Of a DNA stretch of 64,000 nucleotides, positions 1-9,401 are shown one piece after another. The DNA lies in NCBI GenBank assembly GCA_965216315.1, contig CBDCFN010000016.1, forward strand, positions 1,184,001-1,248,000, written 5' to 3'. A model generated the notes under the pieces. The model was not told the DNA's origin. It saw nothing but the letters and a program-made list of their open reading frames with translations, and searched no databases. Within the stretch, counting starts at the first letter, position 1. Each line of letters starts with the position of its first letter. The translations under genes and the position numbers were made by a program. Source of the DNA: a bacterium. Its GTDB lineage: Bacteria > UBA10199 > 2-02-FULL-50-16 > JAJFLM01.

Positions 1-1
1 G

Positions 2-667
2 CACGAACTGGAAGGACTGATGATAGCTAACCGCAGTCATGAACGAGCTGAAAACTTAGCGCGCGAGTTTCTTGATAAGGTGGCGTGCGAGGTATTGAGC
101 CTGGAGTCACTGGGAGCACATCTTCATGAAGCGGATATTGTTATTGCATCGACGTCAGCCCAAGAAACCTTGATTAGTGCGGACCAGGTCCGTGAAGCCA
201 TGCGGTTGCGGCGCAATCGCGCGATGTTCTTTATTGATCTCGGTGTGCCGCGGGATATTGCACCCGAGATCAATGAGGTCATGAATGCCTACTTGTTTGA
301 CATCGATGATCTGCAACAAGTGGTCGATGATAATCTAGAGGAGCGACAGCAGGCGGCAGCGGAAGCCGATGTTCTGATTCGAGCCGAGGTAGGAACCTTG
401 AATGGTTACCTTGCTGAACGTGATTTGACACCCGTCATTCGCGACTTGGTCACGCATTATGAATCGCTGGGGCAGATAGAAATTGATAAGTTGTGCCGCA
501 AATTACCTGATATGGATGTTAAGGAAAAAGAGGCGATTGAGCAGGCGATGAGGGGAATGATGAAGAAGGCCTTACATCCGACGTTGATATGGCTCAAAGA
601 AGCCAACTCCACCCAAGACCAGCAAGAGAAGGTGGAATTGCTCAAACGATTAATGCAGCAATCCTAA
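2..667 (+). CDS. hemA: glutamyl-tRNA reductase, C-terminal part (runs off the window start)
   Basis: IANRS..RA, ADIVIAST, FFIDLGVPRDI, YLFDIDDLQ motifs and a dimerisation tail ending in LHPT. Confidence 0.93.
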   Translation, partial: HELEGLMIANRSHERAENLAREFLDKVACEVLSLESLGAHLHEADIVIASTSAQETLISADQVREAMRLRRNRAMFFIDLGVPRDIAPEINEVMNAYLFDIDDLQQVVDDNLEERQQAAAEADVLIRAEVGTLNGYLAERDLTPVIRDLVTHYESLGQIEIDKLCRKLPDMDVKEKEAIEQAMRGMMKKALHPTLIWLKEANSTQDQQEKVELLKRLMQQS

Positions 668-735
668 GCTCATACCTTGACAGAGACAGCCGAACATTGC
701 TATTAATTTCAGTCAGTTACGCAAATAACCTCCTG

Positions 736-780
736 CGATGGGGGGTTGTCAGGGGGGAGAGAGTTTTCTTCCCCCGACTA
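736..780. repeat. ~45 bp G-rich hairpin-containing repeat; inverted copy at 7945-7991
   Basis: CGATGGGGGGTTGTCAGGGGGGAGAGAGTTTTCTTCCCCCGACTA is nearly the reverse complement of 7945-7991. Confidence 0.8.
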
Positions 781-815
781 AAGCAAAGTGGAAGCTGCGC
801 TTTCGCTTTGCGAAA

Positions 816-889
816 GGGCGCGTAGCTCAGTTGGTTAGAGTACTACCTTGACATGGTAGGGGTCACAGGTTCGAATCCTGTCGCGCCCA
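816..889 (+). tRNA. tRNA-Val(GAC), CCA not encoded
   Basis: GGGCGCG acceptor stem, TAGCTCAG D arm, CTACC-TTGACAT-GGTAG anticodon arm, GGTTCGAATCC T arm. Confidence 0.97.
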
Positions 890-905
890 CAGGTAAACTG
901 TTATG

Positions 906-933
906 GTAGGGGCGGTTCATGAACCGCCCCTAC
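906..933. repeat. perfect 28 bp GTAG-type REP palindrome
   Basis: GTAGGGGCGGTTCA|TGAACCGCCCCTAC. Confidence 0.85.
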
Positions 934-953
934 TTGTCTTTAGGAGATTCGTG

Positions 954-2699
954 ATGGTCTGTCGTCCGGGTCATGAGAATGACCCATTAGAGAAAATTAG
1001 GCATTCCGCTGCTCATGTGATGGCATCGGCGGTTCAGGCTCTCTATCCTGGTACGAAGGTGACGATCGGCCCTGTGATTGATGATGGCTTTTACTATGAC
1101 TTTGATACGCAGGAGACACTGACAGAGGCCGACCTGGAAAAAATCGAGGCCAAGATGGCCGAGATGATTAAGCAAGATATGGCATTTACCTGCCGCGAGC
1201 TTTCTCGCGATGAAGCCATCCAACTCTTTGAAGATAAAGGCGAGTCTTTCAAGGTTGAGATTATTGAAGGCTTTCCGGAGGACGAAGCCATCACCGTCTA
1301 TGAGCACGGCGGTTGGGTGGATCTCTGCAAGGGGCCGCACATCGAACGAACCAGTGAAATAGGGGCCTTCAAGCTTCTCTCGGTCGCCGGGGCCTATTGG
1401 CGAGGTGATGAGAAGCGTGAGCAGCTCCAGCGTATTTATGGCACGGCTTTTCTTAAGCAAAAAGATCTGGATGATTTCCTTGAACGGCGTCGCGAAGCGG
1501 AAGCTCGCGATCACCGCAAATTAGGGCGCGAGCTCGATCTGTTCAGCAGTCTCGATGAAATGGGTGCGGGGCTTATCCTGTGGCATCCGCGGGGTGCGCG
1601 GGTGAGACACGAGATCGAAAGTTATTGGCGTGAGGCCCACCTTAAGGGTGGGTATGACATTGTTTATACGCCGCATGTGGCCCATCGAGAGCTTTGGAAG
1701 ACTTCCGGTCATCTTGATTTCTACGCGGAGAATATGTTTGCGCCAATGTCAGCGGACAATGTTGATTACCAACTCAAGCCGATGAATTGCCCGTTTCACA
1801 TCATGATTTATAAGAATGAGCGGCGCAGTTATCGAGATCTTCCATTCCGTTGGGCGGAATTAGGAACAGTCTATCGCTTTGAGCGTTCGGGTGTTTTGCA
1901 TGGCTTGATGCGGGTAAGAGGATTTACGCAAGATGATGCCCACCTTTTTTGCCGCGAGGATCAGCTGGAAGCCGAGATTGCAGAAGTCCTTCGTTTCACC
2001 TTGAAGGTCTTGAGCGACTTTGGCTTTTCGGATTTTGATATTTTTCTTTCGACCAAGCCGGAAAAATACGTCGGTAGCGATGATAACTGGGAGATGGCGA
2101 CGACGTCGCTAGAGGCGGCCCTCAAGAGTGAGGGCTTGGCGTATGAGATTGATCCCGGAGAAGGGGTTTTTTATGGCCCCAAGATTGATATCAAGATTCG
2201 GGATGTCCTGGGCCGTTCGTGGCAGTGTTCGACGATTCAGATTGATTTCAACCTCCCGGAACGATTCGGAGTGACTTATATCGGTACCGATGGTGAGGCG
2301 CATCCGACGATTATGGTCCATAGGGCCCTGCTAGGCTCTCTAGAGCGGTTTTTTGGGGTTTTGATCGAGCATTATGGGGGACAATTTCCCGCTTGGCTGG
2401 CCCCCGTACAGCTCCGGCTCTTGACGATTAGTGAAAAGCATGAGAAATATGCCACGAAATGCCTCGAGGAGCTCCGAAATCGCGGATTTCGGGTTGAGAT
2501 TGACGCAAGTTCAGATAAACTAGGGGCGAAAATTCGGCAGGCGGAGTTGTTGAAGGTGCCGTATATGGCTATCATCGGCAACAAGGAAGTCGAGGCCGAA
2601 GCATTAAGTATTAGAAGTAAGAAAAAAGGTGATTTAGGTTCTATGACCGTTGATCAGTTTAGCGAAACGCTCAGCCGCGCAATAGCGGAACGCTCCTAA
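954..2699 (+). CDS. thrS: threonyl-tRNA synthetase (no N-terminal TGS domain)
   Basis: IRHSAAH, DLCKGPH, KPMNCP, GLMRVRGFTQDDAH, FYGPKID; AGGAG RBS before GTG951/ATG954. Confidence 0.97.
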   Translation: MVCRPGHENDPLEKIRHSAAHVMASAVQALYPGTKVTIGPVIDDGFYYDFDTQETLTEADLEKIEAKMAEMIKQDMAFTCRELSRDEAIQLFEDKGESFKVEIIEGFPEDEAITVYEHGGWVDLCKGPHIERTSEIGAFKLLSVAGAYWRGDEKREQLQRIYGTAFLKQKDLDDFLERRREAEARDHRKLGRELDLFSSLDEMGAGLILWHPRGARVRHEIESYWREAHLKGGYDIVYTPHVAHRELWKTSGHLDFYAENMFAPMSADNVDYQLKPMNCPFHIMIYKNERRSYRDLPFRWAELGTVYRFERSGVLHGLMRVRGFTQDDAHLFCREDQLEAEIAEVLRFTLKVLSDFGFSDFDIFLSTKPEKYVGSDDNWEMATTSLEAALKSEGLAYEIDPGEGVFYGPKIDIKIRDVLGRSWQCSTIQIDFNLPERFGVTYIGTDGEAHPTIMVHRALLGSLERFFGVLIEHYGGQFPAWLAPVQLRLLTISEKHEKYATKCLEELRNRGFRVEIDASSDKLGAKIRQAELLKVPYMAIIGNKEVEAEALSIRSKKKGDLGSMTVDQFSETLSRAIAERS

Positions 2700-2711
2700 G
2701 GCGCAACATAA

Positions 2712-3299
2712 GTGGCCATTAGTAAAGGAGCAAAAAAATCAGGTAAAGGGCATCTTCGGGTCAATAAGCAGATTCGGGCTACGGAGATGCGGGTAATCGG
2801 TCCAGATAATGAGGCACTTGGTGTCCTCTCTTTAAATGATGCATTGGAGGCCGCGCGCAATCTTGATTTAGACCTGGTTGAAGTATCGCCGACGGCGAGA
2901 CCTCCGGTTTGCAAGATCATTGATTACGGGAAACATAAGTATTTAGAAAAAAAGAAGCAGCAGGTTGCGCGCAAGAAGCAGGTCGTTACTCATCTCAAAG
3001 AGGTGAAATTTAGGCCCCGTACTGACGAACACGACAAGGCCTACAAGATGAAACATCTGCGCCGCTTTCTGGAGGATGGTAATAAGGCCAAGATTACCGT
3101 TAATTTTAGAGGCCGCGAAATTGTCTACGTTGATAAAGGCAAGGAGATGATGGCTGAGATCGCGGAGGCTTTGCAGGATGTCGGTAAGGTAGAAAAAGAG
3201 CCCTCCCGACAGGGACGAACCATAATTATGGTGCTGGCCCCGATAGGGAAGGCGCATAAGCAGGAGACGAAACAGGATGCCAAAGATCAAGACAAATAG
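2712..3299 (+). CDS. infC: translation initiation factor IF-3 (start may be ATT at 2718)
   Basis: [34 protein letters not shown]; position after thrS. Confidence 0.96.
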   Translation: MAISKGAKKSGKGHLRVNKQIRATEMRVIGPDNEALGVLSLNDALEAARNLDLDLVEVSPTARPPVCKIIDYGKHKYLEKKKQQVARKKQVVTHLKEVKFRPRTDEHDKAYKMKHLRRFLEDGNKAKITVNFRGREIVYVDKGKEMMAEIAEALQDVGKVEKEPSRQGRTIIMVLAPIGKAHKQETKQDAKDQDK

Positions 3300-3477
3300 A
3301 GGCGCGAGTAAACGCGTTCGGGTGACGGCGAGTGGTAAGCTCAAGAGGCGTCATGCCTTTAAGAGTCATATTGCGGCTCCGAAGACGACAAAGCAGAAGC
3401 GCCATTTGCGGCGGCCAACTCAGATTTCAGCCGCTGACATGAAGGAATTTTCACAGTTATTGCCGTATCATGGTTGA
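3277..3477 (+). CDS. rpmI: 50S ribosomal protein L35
   Basis: [21 protein letters not shown]; infC-rpmI-rplT synteny. Confidence 0.96.
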   Translation: MPKIKTNRGASKRVRVTASGKLKRRHAFKSHIAAPKTTKQKRHLRRPTQISAADMKEFSQLLPYHG

Positions 3478-3491
3478 AAAAGGATTGAATT

Positions 3492-3839
3492 ATGCCTCGA
3501 GTAAAAAATAGTCTTCATTCGCATAAACGCCGCAAGAAAGTCCTGAAGAACGCCAAAGGATTTAGGGGAGCTAAGGGACGTCTGCTTCGCTTGGCTCAAG
3601 AAGCCGTCGAAAGATCTTGGAATTATGCTTATCGGGATCGCAAGGTAAAGAAGCGTGATTTTCGCAGTCTTTGGATCGTGAGAATTAATAGCGCCGTCCG
3701 TCCTTATGGGCTCTCTTATTCGCAATTTATGGGTGGTCTCAAAACTGCCGGTATCGGTCTTGATAGGAAATCGCTGGCGGATCTCGCCATCAGTGATCCC
3801 GATGGTTTCAAACAGATTGTCGAGCAGGTTCAGGCCTAA
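3492..3839 (+). CDS. rplT: 50S ribosomal protein L20
   Basis: [36 protein letters not shown]. Confidence 0.97.
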   Translation: MPRVKNSLHSHKRRKKVLKNAKGFRGAKGRLLRLAQEAVERSWNYAYRDRKVKKRDFRSLWIVRINSAVRPYGLSYSQFMGGLKTAGIGLDRKSLADLAISDPDGFKQIVEQVQA

Positions 3840-3845
3840 TATTCC

Positions 3846-4955
3846 ATGTCCAATCAGACCTCCGCTCAGGTCGTTAAAAAACTCCATGATCTGGGAGTAG
3901 ATTTTGATCAACAACTGAATGCCGCAGCGACCGAGTACGACATCCGTCAGGTCAAGGCGGCTTTCCTGGGGAAGCAAGGTCATCTCTCCGCGATCTTGAA
4001 AAGCCTCGGTTCAGTCTCCGCTGAAGAGCGCCCTGTGATTGGACGTGAGGCGAACCTCCTGAAAGAGCGCTTGGAGGCGGCGTTTAAAAGCGCCCTCGAC
4101 AATCTACAGAAGAAGTCGCAAGCCGCGCGTCTCCAGCAGGAGAGCCTTGATCCGACCTTGCCAGGTATTCACTATTCCCCTGGCTCGCTTCATCCGATTA
4201 CGCAGGTCATGAGCGAGATAGAGGCTCTCTTTCGTAGTATGGGCTTTGAAATATGTGTCGGGCCTGAGGTTGAAACAGAGTACTTTAATTTTGAAGCCCT
4301 CAATATTCCCGCAGAGCATCCGGCGCGCGACATGCAAGATACGTTTTATTTGAAAGACGTAGGGGCGCCCCTTGGTGCGCCCGACGAGGTGGCGAGGCAA
4401 GCATCGCCCCTACTAAGAACGCACACGTCGCCCGTGCAGATCCATGTGATGAAAAAACGACAGCCGCCGATTCAAATGATTGCGCCGGGACCGGTTTATC
4501 GACGTGATTCCGATGTGACGCACACACCGCTTTTTCATCAGATCGAGGGGCTATTGGTGGATAAAGACATTACCTTTGCCCAGCTCAAAGGGGTCTTGGA
4601 AGTCTTTCTTCAGGAGTTTTTTGGTCCGGAAACAGCGGTGCGATTCAGGCCGAGCTATTTTCCTTTCACGGAGCCGTCGGCAGAGGTCGACATTAGTTGT
4701 GTGATGTGCCCCGAGCATCGTTCCAATGGAGCGGGAATTGGTTGCCGTGTCTGTCAGCAGACGGGATGGCTCGAGGTGATGGGTTGCGGCATGGTGCACC
4801 CCGCCGTCTTTAGGGCCGTGGACTATGATCCGGAGCAATGGTCCGGCTTTGCTTTCGGGATGGGCATAGAGCGACTTGCGATGCTGCGGTATCGCATTAA
4901 TGATATTCGACTTTTTTATGAGAATGACTGGCGTTTCTTGGAGCAATTCAAATGA
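3846..4955 (+). CDS. pheS: phenylalanyl-tRNA synthetase alpha subunit
   Basis: HPARDMQDTFY, LRTHTSPVQ, FRPSYFPFTEPS, GFAFGMGIERL. Confidence 0.97.
   Translation: MSNQTSAQVVKKLHDLGVDFDQQLNAAATEYDIRQVKAAFLGKQGHLSAILKSLGSVSAEERPVIGREANLLKERLEAAFKSALDNLQKKSQAARLQQESLDPTLPGIHYSPGSLHPITQVMSEIEALFRSMGFEICVGPEVETEYFNFEALNIPAEHPARDMQDTFYLKDVGAPLGAPDEVARQASPLLRTHTSPVQIHVMKKRQPPIQMIAPGPVYRRDSDVTHTPLFHQIEGLLVDKDITFAQLKGVLEVFLQEFFGPETAVRFRPSYFPFTEPSAEVDISCVMCPEHRSNGAGIGCRVCQQTGWLEVMGCGMVHPAVFRAVDYDPEQWSGFAFGMGIERLAMLRYRINDIRLFYENDWRFLEQFK
4359..4413. repeat. GTAG-type REP doublet inserted in frame in pheS
   Basis: GTAGGGGCG...CGCCCCTAC termini with two internal hairpins (GGGCGC/GCGCCC and GGCGA/TCGCC); same ends as the 906-933 palindrome. 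Confidence 0.75.
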
Positions 4956-7009
4956 AAGTAACCATTGAATGGTTGGAAGAAATTCTCGGTCAAAAGCTTG
5001 ATGCCGAAAAGCTGGCGCATGAACTGACGATGGCGGGCTTGGAAGTCGAGGGTGTTGATGCCGTTGGCGATGATACCGTGTTGGATATTGCCATCACGCC
5101 GAATCGAGGTGATTGCCTTTCAGTGATTGGGCTGGCTGCGGATATTGCGGCCATTCATGGCAAGCGCTTGAATCATCCGAGTCTCGTTGTCGATATTTCT
5201 AAAGCGGCTTTAGGGGGTGCGTCGGTGCAGATTGAATCCCAAGAATTGTGTACGCGTTACTGTGGCCAAATTATGGAGGATGTTCGGATCAAGGAGTCAC
5301 CTGCCTGGATGCAGCGACGCCTCGAGGCCTGTGGGGTACGCGCTATTAACAACGTCGTCGATATTACGAATTACGTGATGCTGGAGATGGGCCAACCTCT
5401 CCACGCCTTTGATGCCGATTGCCTCGAAGGCGGGGGTGTCCACGTGCGTCTCGCCGCTGCCGAAGAAGAGATCGTGACCCTCGATGGAAATGAGCGGCGA
5501 CTTACCACGCAGGATTTGGTTATCGCCGATGACGAGGGTCCTGTTGCCTTGGCAGGCGTCATGGGCGGATTGCATAGCGAGGTGAGCGATAAGACGAAAC
5601 GTCTTTTCTTGGAAAGTGCGTGTTTTGATCCGAGCTCCGTTCGACGGACGAGTAAGCGGCTGGGCTTGCAGTCGGAGTCTTCTTATCGTTTTGAGCGGGG
5701 AATTGATTGGCTCCGAGTGAGGCCGGCCCTTGAGCGGATGATTGAACTCCTCACGGAGCATGCGGATGCGAAGTGCGTCGACTCAATCTCGGATGTTTTT
5801 GCGGCACCACCGGCTGCGACTCAAATCGACTTCGATCCTGAGCACGTCACGCGGCTCTTGGGCGGCCAATGGGATGAAAAGGCGGTTGAACAACCGCTGC
5901 GGGCGCTCGGTTGTGAGCTGAGCAAGCAAACGCAAGCTTGGCAGGTGACGGTGCCGACACGCCGGCATGATCTGAATGAGCCGGTGGACCTTATTGAAGA
6001 AGTGGCACGCATTACGGGATACGAACAGATAAAAGAAGATTTGCCGTTAAGGACGACACGGGTTCCGGCGGAGCGAAATGCGGCGGCCATTGATCGCGAG
6101 GCCAAACTCAGGTTAGTAACGCTCGGTTTTTCTGAATGTATTCATTATAGTTTTTGTAGTCAGGCTGAGTTAACGAAGCTCGGCGGTCGATGGCTCTCTT
6201 TAGCCCCCCAACTTGCCAACCCTTTAAGTGAAGAGACGGCGTATCTGCGACCGACGGTGATGCTCTCACTGTTGACCTCGGCTCACTATCATCAAAGTCG
6301 GCAGATGAATGACCTCCGTCTCTTCGAGTTAAGGACCCGGTATCAGTTGGAAGCGGAGCAGGTCGAAGAAAAGACCTTCTTAAGCGGTTTAATGTGCGGA
6401 AAAAAGCAGCCGCAGCACTGGAGTCGCAAGGCAGGCGGCGTCGATTTTTACGAGGCCAAGGGGGTGGTCGAAGCCCTGTTGAATGCGTTGGGTTTAGTGG
6501 GGTGGGAGTGGACGCCGCCGGAAGCCGGCAATCCTTATGAGGACTTTTTTCACCCGGGACGTTGTGCCCAGCTCAATTGGGCGGGCCGACCCGTCGGTAT
6601 CGTGGGGGAACTGCATCCTGAGCGTGAGCAGGCCTTTGAGCTCAAGGGTCCGCTTTATCTGTTTGAATTGGACTGGCAGGATCTGGAGGGCTGCACACCG
6701 GAAAAAATTTCCTTTCAAGCGATCCCCTCCGTCCCCTGGGTGCATCGCGACATCGCCGTTGTCGTCGATGAATCGGTTCGCGCCGAGGAGGTCAGGGCTA
6801 TTATTCAAGCTGAGGATGAGAAAATGGTCCGTAACGTGTTGATATTTGATGTTTATTCTGGCGATCAAATTTCCAAAGGAAAGAAAAGTTTGGCCTTCAG
6901 CTACCAAATAGGCAGCCTTGAGCGGACGCTGACGGACGCCGAAGTAGAGGCCCTCCAGGATAAAATTATCAAATCATTAAAGAAAAAGTTGCAAGCAGAG
7001 GTAAGATAG
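4952..7009 (+). CDS. pheT: phenylalanyl-tRNA synthetase beta subunit (short form, appears to lack the OB-fold domain)
   Basis: ITPNRGDCLS, INNVVDITNYVMLE, SYRFERG, DLIEEVARI, C-terminal RTLTDAEV. Confidence 0.96.
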   Translation: MKVTIEWLEEILGQKLDAEKLAHELTMAGLEVEGVDAVGDDTVLDIAITPNRGDCLSVIGLAADIAAIHGKRLNHPSLVVDISKAALGGASVQIESQELCTRYCGQIMEDVRIKESPAWMQRRLEACGVRAINNVVDITNYVMLEMGQPLHAFDADCLEGGGVHVRLAAAEEEIVTLDGNERRLTTQDLVIADDEGPVALAGVMGGLHSEVSDKTKRLFLESACFDPSSVRRTSKRLGLQSESSYRFERGIDWLRVRPALERMIELLTEHADAKCVDSISDVFAAPPAATQIDFDPEHVTRLLGGQWDEKAVEQPLRALGCELSKQTQAWQVTVPTRRHDLNEPVDLIEEVARITGYEQIKEDLPLRTTRVPAERNAAAIDREAKLRLVTLGFSECIHYSFCSQAELTKLGGRWLSLAPQLANPLSEETAYLRPTVMLSLLTSAHYHQSRQMNDLRLFELRTRYQLEAEQVEEKTFLSGLMCGKKQPQHWSRKAGGVDFYEAKGVVEALLNALGLVGWEWTPPEAGNPYEDFFHPGRCAQLNWAGRPVGIVGELHPEREQAFELKGPLYLFELDWQDLEGCTPEKISFQAIPSVPWVHRDIAVVVDESVRAEEVRAIIQAEDEKMVRNVLIFDVYSGDQISKGKKSLAFSYQIGSLERTLTDAEVEALQDKIIKSLKKKLQAEVR

Positions 7010-7042
7010 TGTTTATATTGAGGAAACGCGAGAGGAGGAGAG

Positions 7043-7339
7043 GTGACCAAGGCCGAAATTACCGAAAGAATCTTTAACAAGGTCGGATTCTCCAAGAAGG
7101 AATCTTCAGATATCGTCGAGCTCGTATTTGATACGATCAAAGAAACCCTGGAAAAAGGCGACAAAATTAAGATTTCAGGCTTTGGAAATTTTGTGGTCCG
7201 TGATAAGCGACCCAGAATAGGCCGCAATCCTCAGACGGGTCAGGAAATAGAAATTTCGGCGCGGCGGGTGATCACTTTTAGGCCGAGCCAAGTTCTCAAA
7301 GCGGCACTGAATACGGGGAATCCCGCGAGCGAGTTATAG
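7043..7339 (+). CDS. ihfA: integration host factor alpha
   Basis: MTKAEI, KISGFGNF, GRNPQTG; follows pheT. Confidence 0.93.
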   Translation: MTKAEITERIFNKVGFSKKESSDIVELVFDTIKETLEKGDKIKISGFGNFVVRDKRPRIGRNPQTGQEIEISARRVITFRPSQVLKAALNTGNPASEL

Positions 7340-7401
7340 AAACAGTTGAAACAATAACCATTTGTAGTCAGCTGCGAGGGTAGGGCAAACGCTCTTTACA
7401 T

Positions 7402-7830
7402 ATGGAAGAGCCACAAATACCGGAAAAACTTTATTTTAAGATCGGCGAGGTCAGTAAGATTCTCGGGGTGAAACCGTACGTGTTACGCTACTGGGAAACC
7501 GAGTTTAAAGAGATCGGACCGATCAAATCCCGTTCCAATCAGCGCCTTTATCGGCGCAAAGATGTTCAAGCGCTGTTGGCAATCAAGCAGCTCCTGTATC
7601 AAGATGGTTTTACGATTAGTGGGGCTCGCAAGAAGGTCAAAGAGCTGATGAAGAATGGAAATGGGGCCAGTTCTAAACCCTCAAAAAAGAAGGCCTCTTC
7701 AATCCCTAAAAAGGTTCCAGAGCCCGGGCAAATGAATTTAGGCTTTGCCGGATCGGGTGGGAGGAAGCTCTTGGTTAAGATAAAAAAAGAACTGGAAGAG
7801 CTTCAATCAATTATCAGTGCGAGCGCCTGA
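7402..7830 (+). CDS. MerR-family transcriptional regulator
   Basis: [21 protein letters not shown]; conserved position after ihfA. Confidence 0.9.
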   Translation: MEEPQIPEKLYFKIGEVSKILGVKPYVLRYWETEFKEIGPIKSRSNQRLYRRKDVQALLAIKQLLYQDGFTISGARKKVKELMKNGNGASSKPSKKKASSIPKKVPEPGQMNLGFAGSGGRKLLVKIKKELEELQSIISASA

Positions 7831-7861
7831 TAGGGGAATCTGTATTTTCGAAGCATATTAT

Positions 7862-7935
<74 letters not shown>

Positions 7936-7944
7936 CATTCATTA

Positions 7945-7991
7945 TAGTCAGGGGGGCGAAAAACTCTCTCCCCCCTAACAACCCCCCATCG
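7945..7991. repeat. inverted copy of the 736-780 repeat
   Basis: TAGTCAGGGGGGCGAAAAACTCTCTCCCCCCTAACAACCCCCCATCG. Confidence 0.8.
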
Positions 7992-8004
7992 TGGGTTAAA
8001 GTGG

Positions 8005-8754
8005 ATGCTCATATTGGTTTCAAATGACGACGGGATTCAGGCTCGGGGTGTTCAAGCCTTAGCGCGTGAATTGAAGACGTGGGCGGAGGTTGTCGTGGTG
8101 GCGCCGGAGCGGGAGCAGAGTGCCTCGAGTCATTCTCTGACCTTGCATCGCCCGTTACGAATCTGGAAGGTGCGCAAGGGTCAGTATGTTGTGAATGGGA
8201 CGCCCACCGATTGTGTGACCTTGGCGGTGCATCAGATCCTGGATAAGCGGCCGGATTTGGTTGTTTCCGGCATTAATAGGGGGCCTAACTTGGGGGATGA
8301 TGTGCATTATTCCGGGACCGTGTCCGCAGCGATGGAAGGCGCGATCATGGATATTCCGTCCGTGGCGGTTTCGTTGGCGATCTTTGGCGAAGAACGGGGC
8401 CACTATAAGACGGCGGCCGCCGTGGCTTCCCGCTTTTGTAAAAAGCTTTCGCGGCGCAAATTACCCAAACGGACCTTATTCAATATTAATGTGCCGAATG
8501 TTCCGCACCCGCAGTTGAAGGGCACTGTTGTAACGACTTTAGGGCGCCGCAATTACGGTGAAATCATCGTCGAAAAAACGGACCCGCGCGGGCGACTATA
8601 CTATTGGATTGGGGGCGATCAGACGGGTTTTCACGAGTTAGCGGGGTCGGATTGTATGGCGATCAATGAGAACAAGGTGTCCATTACCCCTTTGAAGACG
8701 GATCTGACGAATCGGACTTTGATTAGGGAGATGAAGTCGTGGTCCAGGCTCTAA
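8005..8754 (+). CDS. surE: 5'/3'-nucleotidase SurE
   Basis: ILVSNDDG, GTPTDCV, SGINRGPNLG, YSGTVSAA. Confidence 0.96.
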   Translation: MLILVSNDDGIQARGVQALARELKTWAEVVVVAPEREQSASSHSLTLHRPLRIWKVRKGQYVVNGTPTDCVTLAVHQILDKRPDLVVSGINRGPNLGDDVHYSGTVSAAMEGAIMDIPSVAVSLAIFGEERGHYKTAAAVASRFCKKLSRRKLPKRTLFNINVPNVPHPQLKGTVVTTLGRRNYGEIIVEKTDPRGRLYYWIGGDQTGFHELAGSDCMAINENKVSITPLKTDLTNRTLIREMKSWSRL

Positions 8755-9401
8755 TGGATTTTCGCTTGGCCCGTCGGCGCATGGTTGAGGAGCAGCTGCG
8801 ATCCCGCGGTATCAACGATGCTCGGGTGCTGGCAGCGATGGAGGCTGTGCCCCGTGAGCATTTTGTGGCGCCTGGGCTCAAAGAACAGGCGTATGTCGAT
8901 CATCCGCTCAATATTGGGGATCGTCAGACCATTTCACAGCCCTTTATTGTGGCCTTGATGACGCAAGCGCTCGCATTGACGGGGCAGGAGAAAGTACTTG
9001 AGATTGGGACCGGGAGCGGTTACCAGACAGCCATTCTGCTTGAGTTGGCCCAGTCGGTCTATAGCGTGGAACGCATCAAGGCGATGAGCTATCAGGCGCG
9101 GAAAAAGCTCTACCAGTTAGGTTTTGATCAGTTTCATTTACGTGTCGGTGATGGAACCTTGGGTTGGCCGGAAGAGGCCCCGTTTGATGCAATTATTGTC
9201 ACGGCGGCAAGTCCTAACTTGCCACCGGCCTACGGGGAACAATTGGCGGAGGGCGGACGCTTGGTCGTTCCGATCGGCACTGTCGATGAACAGGAATTGA
9301 GGCTTTATCGGAAGACGAATGGAAAGCTGGAATGCAAAGTCCTGGGTCAATGTCGTTTCGTTAAGTTGATTGGTGAATATGGATGGCAAAACGTAGACTA
9401 A
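8754..9401 (+). CDS. pcm: protein-L-isoaspartate O-methyltransferase
   Basis: VPREHF, QTISQP, VLEIGTGSGYQ, APFDAIIVTA; ATG overlaps the surE stop. Confidence 0.95.
   Translation: MDFRLARRRMVEEQLRSRGINDARVLAAMEAVPREHFVAPGLKEQAYVDHPLNIGDRQTISQPFIVALMTQALALTGQEKVLEIGTGSGYQTAILLELAQSVYSVERIKAMSYQARKKLYQLGFDQFHLRVGDGTLGWPEEAPFDAIIVTAASPNLPPAYGEQLAEGGRLVVPIGTVDEQELRLYRKTNGKLECKVLGQCRFVKLIGEYGWQNVD

Noticed and set aside
903..953. N-terminal extension of ThrRS from ATG 903
   Set aside because: The extension is just the REP palindrome read in frame. The AGGAG RBS points to 951/954.
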